The notes under the pieces: model-generated
What the model was told of the DNA's origin: nothing
Seen by the model: the letters and a program-made list of their open reading frames with translations, nothing else
Database searches by the model: none
Program-made: the position numbers and the translations under genes
Part shown: positions 15,975 to 28,450 of the stretch, piece after piece
Layout: each line of letters starts with the position of its first letter
How positions within the stretch are numbered: position 1 is the first letter of the stretch
Origin: Caecitellus pseudoparvulus
Lineage: Eukaryota; Protista; Bigyra: Bicosoecida
NCBI GenBank assembly: GCA_965644315.1
Contig: CBFFRQ010000030.1
Span: 124,001 to 188,000 of the forward strand
DNA: 64,000 nt
Direction of reading: 5' to 3'

Positions 15975-16337
15975 TCACAAGCGCCAACTCACGGCGGTGG
16001 AAGCGTCTCCGTGCACTGCAGCGGTTGCCCACTCTTTGGACATGCGCCGCTCAGAACCCTGAGCTGACGCAGACACCTGCAGCGGCGAAGGTGCCGGGGC
16101 AGGGGACATGTGTGGGACACTTGTCGCCCGTGCCGGGGGCGGGGGCGCGCTGGAGGCGCCTGGCCCCGGTGGGGGAGGAGCCGCCATGCTCAGCAGTGAT
16201 GCGCTGGTGCCGCGCGGAAGTTGCTGCGCAGTGCGAAGCCAGCAGCGCACAGAATGGAGCACTAGAGCGGGGCGATCAGCGAGCAAAGCTGCGTGAAGGA
16301 AGTGTGCATCTCTTGACAGTGCTCGGAGGGGCTCCAT
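15975..16337 (-). CDS. Possible small hypothetical protein (~120 aa)
   Basis: ATG-led ORF (MEPLRALSRDAHFLHAALL...) fills an otherwise unusually long intergenic gap. No family recognised. Confidence 0.25.
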   Translation of the reverse strand: MEPLRALSRDAHFLHAALLADRPALVLHSVRCWLRTAQQLPRGTSASLLSMAAPPPPGPGASSAPPPPARATSVPHMSPAPAPSPLQVSASAQGSERRMSKEWATAAVHGDASTAVSWRL

Positions 16338-16453
16338 GCTGCTTGCCACCCCCTTCGAGGCAGCCCTGACACCCTCAAGCTGTGTCGCAGACAGCGATGC
16401 TGAGCCCCGCTGTGCCTCGACGAAATGAGAGGCGTGCATTCCTGGCGCACACG

Positions 16454-17504
16454 TCAAGCACCCAGCTCTGGCAGGCCGGACAACGCCGACGGGCCGTCAA
16501 TGCGGCACTGGAACACCGACACCATGCCGTGCAGCCAGCAGTACGCTGCGACGAAGACCAGCACGTGCCAGAATTGATGAGAGGAGGCCAGGATATCCAG
16601 CCGCCCAGGGAAGAAGCACTCGGGGATGCGGAAGTAGAAAATGAGGAAGCCCGTCGCATAGCTGAGGCCCAGGCCCACGACGGGCCACAGAGCGTAGGGG
16701 AAGCAGGCGTCACCTTGGGCCGCCCACAGCCAGTGCGCGATGGGCACGCCACCCACAGCCACGGAGCCAGCCAGGGTGAGCACGCGGGCCTTGTCGTACT
16801 CGACGCCCTGGCAAGATGCGGCGTTGGTCAGGTACACTGCCACGGACAGGAGGGCAGACACAGGCACCAAGTACACGAGAACGAGCAGCGGCGACGTTTC
16901 GATGAAGGCGTTGTACATGCCGACGAAATTGCTGCCGGCGATAAGGATGACGATGCCTGTCAGGTCCAGGCGGTAGAAGGCCTTGTACGTGCTCAAGTCA
17001 CTGCCGCGAAATGTCTGAGGGGGGTGGGGGCAGCGTGTGAGAGCCAGGATGCGGGAGCAGCGGATGGGCAACCAGCACGGACGTGGTATGCAGCAGACAA
17101 GAAGTGGCAGGTGAAGGCGCTCAAGATGTACGTGAACATCAGCACGTTGTCCAGGGCGGTGGAGTTGGCCGGCATTTCTGTGGAGGAGGGAGAAGGCAGC
17201 CGTGGAGGCAGGCAGCTGCACTGCACCAGGCTCCGTCCACGAACCACTCATGATGAACGGCGACGAGGCGATGAAGTAGCACGCCCCCAGCAGATGCGTC
17301 CAGACGTTGATGGTGTCATTGTGCAGCATGAAGATGCTGGCAAAGCACTCTTGCAGCGTCAATCCCCAACGGTACCCTGCGCAGGGCCAGGGTTGCTCGT
17401 GCCTTCGCACGTTTCGCGCGAATGCAACTCCCGCGTCACCAACCTCTGTGAACGTGCGCTTGCTTCAGCTCGTGGGGAATCTGGTCGATGTGGTGGTCGA
17501 GCAT
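16454..17504 (-). CDS. PAQR / adiponectin receptor-like membrane protein (Hly-III family); 5' end uncertain
   Basis: Spliced HRGYR..SIFMLHNDTINVWTH, SAAYHTF, RLDLTGI, IPECFFPGRLDILASSHQFWH. Three internal GT-AG introns; an additional upstream exon is possible. Confidence 0.9.
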
Positions 17505-17974
17505 CTCATCTGTAACACTCAGATGCCACACACGACGGTGCACCTTGCGCTGTGAACGAAGTTCGCGAATCCTGAGCCGGCTGCGCATCCAAATACCGCA
17601 ACGAGCACAGACAACTCACTGGTGCTGCGTCCAGAGCCGCCCCCGGCATCTTCCCACTCAGTGCACGGCGGGGAGCTGGTGTCATCTTGACCTGGAGTCC
17701 CCTGGGCGTACTGAGAGCGCCTCCGTGTCGTATCTGCGAAAGGCGCGATGGGCACAGTGTGCAAGCGAAGTCTGACTTCTGGCTGCCCCGCTGCAGCCCC
17801 AACCAAGGAACTGGCCAAGCCACGCACGACGGCAACGCACCCCGCAAATATGGACCCTGGTAGAGTTCCCTCTGAATTTACGCTGTGTAAAGTGGCCCGC
17901 CAGTGGACCTGCGAGCAGGGTGCCCGACCGCTCCTCCCGGCCACATGCACGACACTGCCACCCTTCGAGACCTT

Positions 17975-20900
17975 TCAGACCTCCTCTGCCAACGGGTCGC
18001 GGTAGAAGAACGCATTCAAGTAGGAGCAGATTAACCACACAAACACCAACGCGGCACCCGCTGTGCGCACGTGCGTCACCGTCGTCGCCCACAACAGCCC
18101 TGCTCGAATGCCCCGATGGGCCCACATGCACCAGCACACACACGCACACGCCAGGCACAGCACTGGGAACTGCACCGCCACGTACACGAGGCCCTGCCGC
18201 ACTTGCCTGTCCTGTGCAAAGCTCACCACGCGGAAGCGGTGCTGCCAATCGGGCAACACATCCACTGCCATGACAACCAAGAACACCAAATGCGCCGTCA
18301 CCACCGCCAGCATGTGCAGCATGCTGTCCTGAGCCGCGCGCAGCACCAGCATCTGACGGATGTGCCCGTCCGTCTCGCGGCTCAGAGCAGGCACGCGCAG
18401 GGAGGACGGGTGCTGGTGCGCAAGCCCTCCCGACGCGGTGCTGGCGCCACACTCCTCATCCCAAACCACACCTTCACTCTCACTGCCCCCCTCGCCCACC
18501 GCGTGGTCCCGCTGCCCCAGCGACCACTCCCCGTCCACAGTCAGGTCGTCCTCGGCTTCCCCTGCACCTGACAAGGCCAAGGACGCGTCCCCGCCCCCTT
18601 GACCACCGGCAACCATGGCAGCTGCGAGAGCAGCTCGCCGCTCTGGCTGCAGCTGGTGCGTCAGCAACAGCGCCTTGTAGTACGCGACTCGCACGTCGAC
18701 AGAGGAGATGCGGTCCACGGCAATTCGCTGCATGAGCCATCGCAGTGACCCTGCCGCGCCAGGCACGCGCCTGGCCCACTTCTGCAGCGGCCACTGCTCA
18801 TGAGCAGAGGATACCAGAAACCGCGCACCGTGTCCAACCACGAGGCGGCCCACGTTCCAGGCCAGCAACACACAGAACACCTCTAGACTCACCACATCCA
18901 CCAACGCAAACACCGTGAACAACTCCAGCACCAGGGACAGGAACATGGACACAACGCGTTCTTGGCCCTCGTTCACGAACAGGTTCAGCCACATGTACGA
19001 CACTGCCTGGTCGCTCTTCCCGGCGTCTGCTTCGCTGCCATCCGTGCTCCCGCTGTCTTGCGAGGGGTCTGCTAGGGATGCCAGCTCTTTCGCGCCCCCT
19101 GCCGTGCCCGTGTCCACCACCAAGCCCGGCATGAGACTCGCCCTGCAGTCTCCAAGACTGCTGCTACCCCCGTCTTCGCAGTCCGGGTCCGGCACTGAAT
19201 CATCGCCCTCCTCAACCCCATCCTTCCAACCACCCGCACCTTCCACTTCGCTGGGCTGCCCAACAGGCGATAGCAAGTGAGCGCCACCCCCAGCGCTGCC
19301 CACACCGCCGCCCATGCTTGCGCCGCTTTGCTCTGGGTTGGACGGCAAGCTGTCGTCGATCACGCCGGCATGTGCCTCGTCCACCACGGCCAGGCGCCCA
19401 CCGTCCCCCTTCAGCGCCACTTTCTGCCCCACCTTGCCCAGGGGCGTGGCCAGTCCTCCCATGCCGTGGTGCCCCCCGCGTGGCACCTCCACGATGTGCC
19501 GCCCGCCCCAGATGAAGTGCGAGCTGGGCGCCTGGGACTGATACGCGTACTTGTCCCCGCCCACCAGACTCACACGCAGCTCAAACAAGCACTGCAAGCA
19601 CCGATCGCGCGTCAGCGGCACCAGCATGCGGCAGCATGAGCATTGCTGCCAAGTGCCAGTGCGTGCCCACCGAAACGACACTCGCATCGCATACCGCAGC
19701 GCGGTGAGCGTGCCCGCCACCACCATGCTCAGCAACACCTGCATCACGCCTGACGTCGAGCCCCGGAAGGTCACCTGGTACACCAGCGCCACCAGAAAGG
19801 CCAGGGACACGCCCAGCACCACGTGGCACAGGCTCCACCACCGGCGCCGGACCATGTGCCGATGCCAGTGAGGCACGAGCCCACTCCCCGGCACTGTCGA
19901 GGAGGCAGACGAGGAAGCAGAAGCATGAGACGCACGGCGAGTGCTGGGCGTCGCCCCCACATCCACACTGCCATTCATGCTCCACAGGTCCACGCTGGTC
20001 CGCCGGCCCAAGCTGGCCCGCCCGGCTGCCGCCTGGGCGCCAGGGCTGGCAGACATGGGCAGCCCAGGAGCCTCAGCCCCTGTGCCACCCTTCACACTGC
20101 TTGCAGCCTCCCTGCTGCGCCCACCCCTGCGCCCTCGCCCGCCGCACGTGCACACAGCCCACACGCACTGCAGCTCCATGGTCACCACCCTGCACGCTCC
20201 GCCCGACTCACTGCCAGGCTCAGACGCCGCCCAGCTCTGCAGCGCTGCGTCGTGTGCGGCGAACATGGCGCGCTGCCCCCGCACACGCGGCCGCCAAAAG
20301 CGCGCCTGCGCCATCTGGCCGAAACAGTACCCCTGCAGTGCAGTGCTGGCCAGGTTGGCCAGCGGCAACACCGGCCCATTCAGAGGGTACAGCCCCAAAG
20401 ACCGGGGGATGATCTCCACCACACACATGACACTGAACATGGACAGCAAGCAGAGGCCGGCCAGCAGGGGCTGCCGCACCCACGCGCCGTACGTGCCCCC
20501 GGCCAGCCAGAAGTGTAACGGGGCCACTGCCAGCGGAAGCAAATTCACGGCCAGGAACATGGCCACACCGCCCTCATGGCCCGCGCTGTCCGCAAAGTTC
20601 CCCTCGAACGTAGCATTCCTGGCTGACCCAAATGCCTGCAGCATCACGTGCGGGTTCCGCGAGGGTGGCAGTGCCCACACTCCCTGGTACACACTTGCTG
20701 CCGCGGCGACGAGAGCTGGCACCACGCACGTCACCGCCCAAAGACCACACCAGCTCTCCGACAACGGGGCGCCACAGCACCCAAAGGACGTCCGCCCATA
20801 CACCAACGCACCCTCCACGTCTTCCGACACTCGCCTGTCTTGCCAGTGCAGCCGCCCACGCTCGCGCTCCACGAGCGCCAAGCTCTCCCAAGCCGACGCG

Positions 20901-21175
20901 CTGACACTCCTCGCGCTCAGCTGGCGTGGCAGCCCACACCCACCACACGCGCCGCACACTGCGTGCAACACGTTCATCTGGTCCAGTCCTTTGCCAACTC
21001 TGGCAGCTGTGGCCCTCCCTGCCCCGCCCACGGCTTCCTCGCCTTCGGCGAGCTCAGCGCTGCCGCTTCGCCGCCGCAAGCCAGCACCTCCTGTCCCTGG
21101 CACCAACGGGAAGGCCGCGTGCGCACCAACCACCCCAAACACCGACTCGACGATGGCAGGATGAATGAAATCCAT
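17975..21175 (-). CDS. Hypothetical large multi-pass membrane protein (1066 aa)
   Basis: Long uninterrupted ORF with clusters of hydrophobic helices separated by Gly/Ser/acidic loops. No family recognised. Confidence 0.7.
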   Translation of the reverse strand: MDFIHPAIVESVFGVVGAHAAFPLVPGTGGAGLRRRSGSAELAEGEEAVGGAGRATAARVGKGLDQMNVLHAVCGACGGCGLPRQLSARSVSASAWESLALVERERGRLHWQDRRVSEDVEGALVYGRTSFGCCGAPLSESWCGLWAVTCVVPALVAAAASVYQGVWALPPSRNPHVMLQAFGSARNATFEGNFADSAGHEGGVAMFLAVNLLPLAVAPLHFWLAGGTYGAWVRQPLLAGLCLLSMFSVMCVVEIIPRSLGLYPLNGPVLPLANLASTALQGYCFGQMAQARFWRPRVRGQRAMFAAHDAALQSWAASEPGSESGGACRVVTMELQCVWAVCTCGGRGRRGGRSREAASSVKGGTGAEAPGLPMSASPGAQAAAGRASLGRRTSVDLWSMNGSVDVGATPSTRRASHASASSSASSTVPGSGLVPHWHRHMVRRRWWSLCHVVLGVSLAFLVALVYQVTFRGSTSGVMQVLLSMVVAGTLTALRYAMRVSFRWARTGTWQQCSCCRMLVPLTRDRCLQCLFELRVSLVGGDKYAYQSQAPSSHFIWGGRHIVEVPRGGHHGMGGLATPLGKVGQKVALKGDGGRLAVVDEAHAGVIDDSLPSNPEQSGASMGGGVGSAGGGAHLLSPVGQPSEVEGAGGWKDGVEEGDDSVPDPDCEDGGSSSLGDCRASLMPGLVVDTGTAGGAKELASLADPSQDSGSTDGSEADAGKSDQAVSYMWLNLFVNEGQERVVSMFLSLVLELFTVFALVDVVSLEVFCVLLAWNVGRLVVGHGARFLVSSAHEQWPLQKWARRVPGAAGSLRWLMQRIAVDRISSVDVRVAYYKALLLTHQLQPERRAALAAAMVAGGQGGGDASLALSGAGEAEDDLTVDGEWSLGQRDHAVGEGGSESEGVVWDEECGASTASGGLAHQHPSSLRVPALSRETDGHIRQMLVLRAAQDSMLHMLAVVTAHLVFLVVMAVDVLPDWQHRFRVVSFAQDRQVRQGLVYVAVQFPVLCLACACVCWCMWAHRGIRAGLLWATTVTHVRTAGAALVFVWLICSYLNAFFYRDPLAEEV

Positions 21176-21521
21176 GCCTCGACGCGCAGCGCACCTCGGC
21201 CCGCCCTACAACGCCGCTGCGCGTCCACCTCGCCGCCCTGCCTGACGTGCTTCGCTTCGCAGTTCTTTCCGAGTGGCCCGACTTGCGCATACTCGCACAT
21301 GTGTGCTGGGTCTGTTCGAGTACGCACTGAAAGAGGTTTCCGTGGGAATATGCTCAGCTCCCACTCATGCGCCCCCCTTCAGACACTCTGCACAGCCCCC
21401 CTCGAAGCGTCGAGGCTCCTCGAAGCATCACCGAATCTCACACCCAACTCCCGACCCTGACCAAGTGCAGCTGGGGGCGCCACCCACCGCTAGGCGCAGG
21501 AAAGCATGCATTGCCGGTGCA

Positions 21522-24500
21522 TCAAAAGTCCTCCTTGATATCTTCTTCGATGCCATCCTCACTGTCCTGCGGCCGCACTGCCCCGACAGCCTTGTACACG
21601 GCGTCAATGACCCTCTCCTCGATGAATGCCTCAGCCTCCAGCCCTCTCTCGGCCATTTCCTGCAGGTACCCATGCGCGCCGTGCATGTCCTGCTGCGCGA
21701 AGGACATTTCAACGAGGACTGCATACACGTCCCCGACTCGCACGGCACTCTCCACGCCCCTGAGCCGAACCAGCTCACGGCAGGTCTCCATCATCTTGGC
21801 AGGGTCCGTCTTGGCCATGTGCCGGGCTTCCACGAACCTGCCAACGATTTCGACCTTGTTGTCGATCTGGTCCACCGTGTCTTGCATGTTCCCACCCTTG
21901 ATGCGGCCAGCGTACTTCTTGGCTTCTTTCAAGGCCCCCAGGGCGTTGTCGTAGTTCCTGAACTGGTTGATCTCCATCGCCGCGCAGGCTTCGTAGAATG
22001 CCGCCAGGGACGCGTACGCCCGCGCCTTGGAGTAGAACTGCACGATGCTCTTCATCAGCTTCGGCGTGCTGTGCCAGTCGAGTGACTGCAGGTAGTTGGC
22101 GGCGAGCACGTAGATCTCCTTGGACTTGGCCATGGTCGTGAAGAAAATCACCTTCTCCGTGTCGCCGCTGCGCAGCAGGCACTTCATCGCAGCCAGCTTG
22201 TTGCCTGCTTGCGTGTACTTCTTCGTGGCCAGGTGGTGCGCGCCCTGTCGCTCCAGTGCATGTGCGAGCTGCTCAAGGAGCTCCTGCCGCCGCTGCGTCC
22301 AAGCAGGGGGTGCTGGCGCGGCGCCGCCAGCCCCTGCAGCGGCCTGGCCGCCCTTCACGGGGGATGCAGCGGCAGCCCCAGGGGGCAGCTTGGGCAGCGT
22401 CAGCGCCTCGGCCATCTCCTCAGAGATGGGCACTTTGTGCTGGATGCACAGCTCCAGCGCCTCTTCATGCTGGTGGGCGGCGAGGAGCAGGGACACCGCC
22501 TTCTCGTACTTGCCGTGCGTCATGAAGAACTCCGCGCACTGCTGCAGCACTTCTGGGTCGGCGTCGTCGCCCTCGCCAATGTCGTCTGCGATGGCCTGCA
22601 GGTCATCAAACAGCTGGCCTTGGAAGCACAGGTCCAGGGCGCGGGAGGTGTGGCCGCCCTTGTGCAGGAGGGTGACAGCCTTGTCCAGGGCGCCCTTGGA
22701 GATGAAGTACTCTGCCGTCTCCACCATGACGTCTTTCGTGCTCTGCAGCGCCAGGGCCATCAGCTGGGAGTCCTTGCCGGAGGCCTTGCTGAGCCGCGCA
22801 GCGTGGTTGAAGCGCTTGCTCTTCTCGTAAAAGTACAGCGCAGCGTCCGTGTTCCCGCCCAGCTCGTACTGGCGGGCGAGGTAGTAGGCTGCAGCTTCGT
22901 CGCCTGACTCCTGCACGAGCTTGGCAGCGCCGTCCAGGTCACCCTTGGCTGCTGTGACGCGCACGAGGTCCACGGTGCTCTCCGCTTTGGCGTAGTACGC
23001 GATGGCCCGGTCCGGCTCCCCGTTGGACTCCAGGAACTGGCCCCACCACAGCCACACGGCAGGGTCGTCGGAGGAATTCACAAAGTCCCTCAGCTCACGC
23101 AGGCGCTGGGCGTCCACGAGCATGCGGGGCACTTCCTGCAGAGCCACGCCCGCCTTCTCATACTGCTCCGTGGCGCCTCGGAAGTCGGCGATGGCTTCCA
23201 GGTGCCTGGCCACTGCAAAGTGCGTCGTGCTGGCGTGAATGCGGTCCTTGGTCTCGGCCACACCAATGGCGCGCTCCCACAGGCCGGCGCGCTGGTACAG
23301 CGTGTTCAGGAGGTCGAAGCGCCCTGCAGACTGGTACAGCTTGGCAGCGTCAGGCAGCAGGCCCAGCTGAATGGCCAGCATGGCCACTGCTGCGTCGTGC
23401 TCCGGCTCTTGTGCCATGGCGTGGCGCAGGGCACGCAGGCCGCGGATGTGCCCCATGTTGGCCAGGCACACCTGTGCCACGTCCAGGCGCTTGGACTTGA
23501 CGCACATGTGTGCCATGTTGGTCCACACGGCAGGGTTGTCCACCACCTTCACTGCCTGGTACGCGGCGTCCATGTTCCCCGTGGCCATGTAGTAGGAGAA
23601 GTCCAGCAGTGCCGTGCGGGTGTCAGCGTCTGCGTCGTGCATGCCCACGAAGTCACGCAGGGGCACCGCCCGGATGGGCGTGTCCAGGTCCGCACCCGCG
23701 GCGATGTACATAATGTTGGGCACGTCCACCCCCGCCAAGGACGCACAGCGGGGCGGCAGGCGAGTGCAGTTCTGCACACGCAGCGCCGCATCTGCCGAGG
23801 TGGTGGCGAAGAAGGTGAACACTTCCACGGTGCTGCTGCCCGCGTCCCCCACACCCTCGCCCTCCTTGCTCTCAGGCGCAAACACGTCCTCTTCATCGCC
23901 TGCAGCGGCGCCCGAGTCTCCCGTGCCCACGCGCTCCGTCTGCACCCCCAGCAGCTTCGGCTCTGTCAGGTCCCACGCGTGCAGCGTCGGCATGCGGTCC
24001 GGCCCCACATCGTGGCTGAGCACGGTGTCCAGCTTCCCATCGTACACGTACACATTGGTGTCCAGGCGGCGCTGGCCAGGAGCCTTGGGGCCTGCCGCTG
24101 CGACTGCCGCTGCGAGGTCGCTGTCGCTGGTGCCGGGCACTGAGAAGGCGCCCACCATGCCGCTCGATGCACCACCTGTGCCCACCCCGCTGAGCAAGGA
24201 GGGCCCGCCCTGGACGGTGCCAGCCTGTGCTGACGCTGATGCGGCGAGAATGGACGCCCGGGAGCCGTCCGCATTGCAGGCCAGCGACAACACTCGCCCG
24301 ATGCTGGTGCCGTCGCTGGGGTGGTTGAACTGCCCCTCGTGCAGAAGGCGCGGCTCCACGCGTGACGCGTTGTACAGCTTGATCTTGCCGCCCGTGGTTG
24401 CGACGGCGGCATAGTTGCCGTTCACCGCCACCGCGCAGGGCGTGCCCTCAACAGCAGTGAAGGGTAGCGTTTTCGTGACAGTGCCGCCAAAGTTCATGAT

Positions 24501-26349
24501 GCTGAGCTGCCGATCCTCAGCGCCGGCCACGAGCACCGACGTGCCCTGCAGAGCCACGCCTTGCCCGGAGCAGGGGAAGGAGCCCTCCTGCTGCAGCTGC
24601 ACGCCCGTCTCCTGCGTCACCTTCACCTGCCAGATGTCCACCTGGCTGCCTGACCAGGTCAAGACGTGCGTGTTGGACACGTGCAGCCCCCGAATGACGT
24701 AGGGCGTGTCCAGGGGCACGCTGTCAATGAGAGCGCCACCCGTTTCCCTCCTGCCTCGCACAGACACCACCACGCTGCGAGCCGACACCTGGGTCGCAGC
24801 CAGCTGAGCCGACAGTGCCCGGTGCAGCACTGTCTCAGACAGCACCACTGCGTGGGTGGGTGTCGCGGCGGCCAGGGTAGCGGCGGCGCCACACCAGTCC
24901 AGGTGCATGACGGCGGCACGGCCTCCACACAGCACCTTGTGCTCGTATGGCGCCCAGGCTCGGGAGGCGGAGGCGGTGCCCCCCCTGTGGCGCCACATGA
25001 CCACGTGGCCCTGCTCCGTGCCCAGGGACAGGATGCACCGCATGGGGTCGAAGGCGAGGGCAGTCACCCGGTCAGAGGCCAGGACAGTCGAGTCCCCGCC
25101 CTGGGTCAGGCGCAGAGACCCTGCACTGTCTTCGTTGATGTCCCAGAAACGCACCAGACCCTCCTCCCGGGACGCCGTGGCCAGGACGCCAGGTGCCACC
25201 CACACCGCCATGCGCAGGCCAGTGGAGGCCTTGGTGGCCAGCTTCACCCGTGTCGTCGGCTGCAGGGTGCCGTCTGGGTTCACCTTCAGCTGCCGCATGA
25301 GCAGGTTGCGCGTGATGACGACGAGGACATCGGGCACGCCTGGCGCCCCGCCTGACCTGCCGCTGTCCCCGCCGTCACCAGAGGCCTCGGGGGACTCCGC
25401 ACCGCCTTGAATGACGTCACCCACGGCAGCCGCCGTGGCAGCCTCTGCTGATGCGTGGGTGCCTGAGCGGGAAGCCCCCCCTGCGCTGGGCGTGTGCAGC
25501 TCCATGACGTCGATGGCGGAGCTGGAGGAAGTGAGCGCTTCCACGGCATGCCCCAGGTCGTCAGCGTACGTCACGACGCCTGCCTCGCCAGCGATGAAGA
25601 ACGAGTTCAACTTCGCCACGACGGGCTGTGCGCCGGGCGTGTCGCTGGGCACGACGGTGGTCACTTGGCGGTTGAAGGCGACACAGGTCAGCGCGCCCGC
25701 CCGCCGGTACTTTTGCATGGCCTGCAGCCTGGCTCGCTGATCCATGCTCCACACTGCAAAGACGCCCATCTGTGGTGCGTGAAGCGCGTGGGGGGAGTGG
25801 CGGTGGCAGCAGCGATGGCCTCGCACAGCGTCCGCCTCGCACCTGATCCCCCGTCACCAGCCGACTGCCGTCGGGGTTCCACTTCAGCACCGACAACGGC
25901 ATGGTGTGCACAGTGCGGTCCTCTTGCACGACATTGTCCACGATGCGCAGGGAAGACACCGTCCCTGCAGGCGGGGGCGTGCCGAGCGGCTGGGTGAGCC
26001 AGAGCTGGAGAAGCTGGCGTGTTGCCGCGGCACTGGTAACGCCCTCCCTCACCGTCTTCCCACGCTGCCACCAGCACGGGGCGCTGGGGGTTCCAAGCAA
26101 GCTTCACACATCGATTCGCACGAACAATCGCTGGTGAGGATGTTCGTGTCCCCTGCAGAGACGGGAACAGTGCGGGGTGGCTGCCAGCGTCCGCCGATGC
26201 AGAAACGGCGGCCCACGCACCTGATCATTGAAGAGCAAGATGGACGTGCCCACAGCAGCGGCGACGATGGGCTTCACTGAGCACGCTGCCACACAGGTCA
26301 CGTCTCCAGCGTCCCCCGTCGCGCAGTCGAAGGCAAAGTACTGCGCCAT
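21522..26349 (-). CDS. IFT140: Intraflagellar transport protein 140 (IFT-A; WD40 + TPR)
   Basis: N-terminal WD repeats (LAWNP, LKWNPDGSRLVTGDQ), VWTNMAHMCVKSKRLDVA, and HLATKKYTQAGNKLAAMKCLLRSGDTEKVIFF..IYVLAANYLQSLDW. Introns 26153-26220, 25965-26052, 25770-25842. Confidence 0.95.
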
Positions 26350-26545
26350 GCCTGCCCACCTCGCGAGCCCACCACTGGTCTCCTCACACCACAGACAATC
26401 CTGTCGCAAGCCCTGCTGCCGCTGTGCCAACGTGCAGCTGCCAGAGCAAGGGCGCCCTGTTGGTGCTCTGATTTGACTTGAATTTTGATTCACTGGCGAA
26501 GCGCCGTTGTGCGCCCTGCCTTGAGACGTTATGCGGAGATGCGCA

Positions 26546-28129
<1,584 letters not shown>

Positions 28130-28450
28130 TTATTGAGTGGTGGCTGGCACTGATCGCGAGTGGTGCGGGAGTGCAGCGTCAGGTTGCTGGATGTGCAGGG
28201 AAGGAAAGATGCTAATTTTTGATTTTGGGATGGGATTCCAAAAGCGTCCGACTCCGCTCGACCGCGTGCCGGGCATCTCCAAGGATAGGTGCGGTAATGG
28301 CTTCCCGGGCACACCTGGGATCCAATGCTGCCGGAAGGCCAGCGATATGCTGGTCTTGCGTCGGCTCAGGCCTTGACGTCCCTCCGACGCTCCATGCAGC
28401 CAGGCTGCCATCGGAAGTCTGACCACCTCGCCCATCAGCCCTGCCACCGC

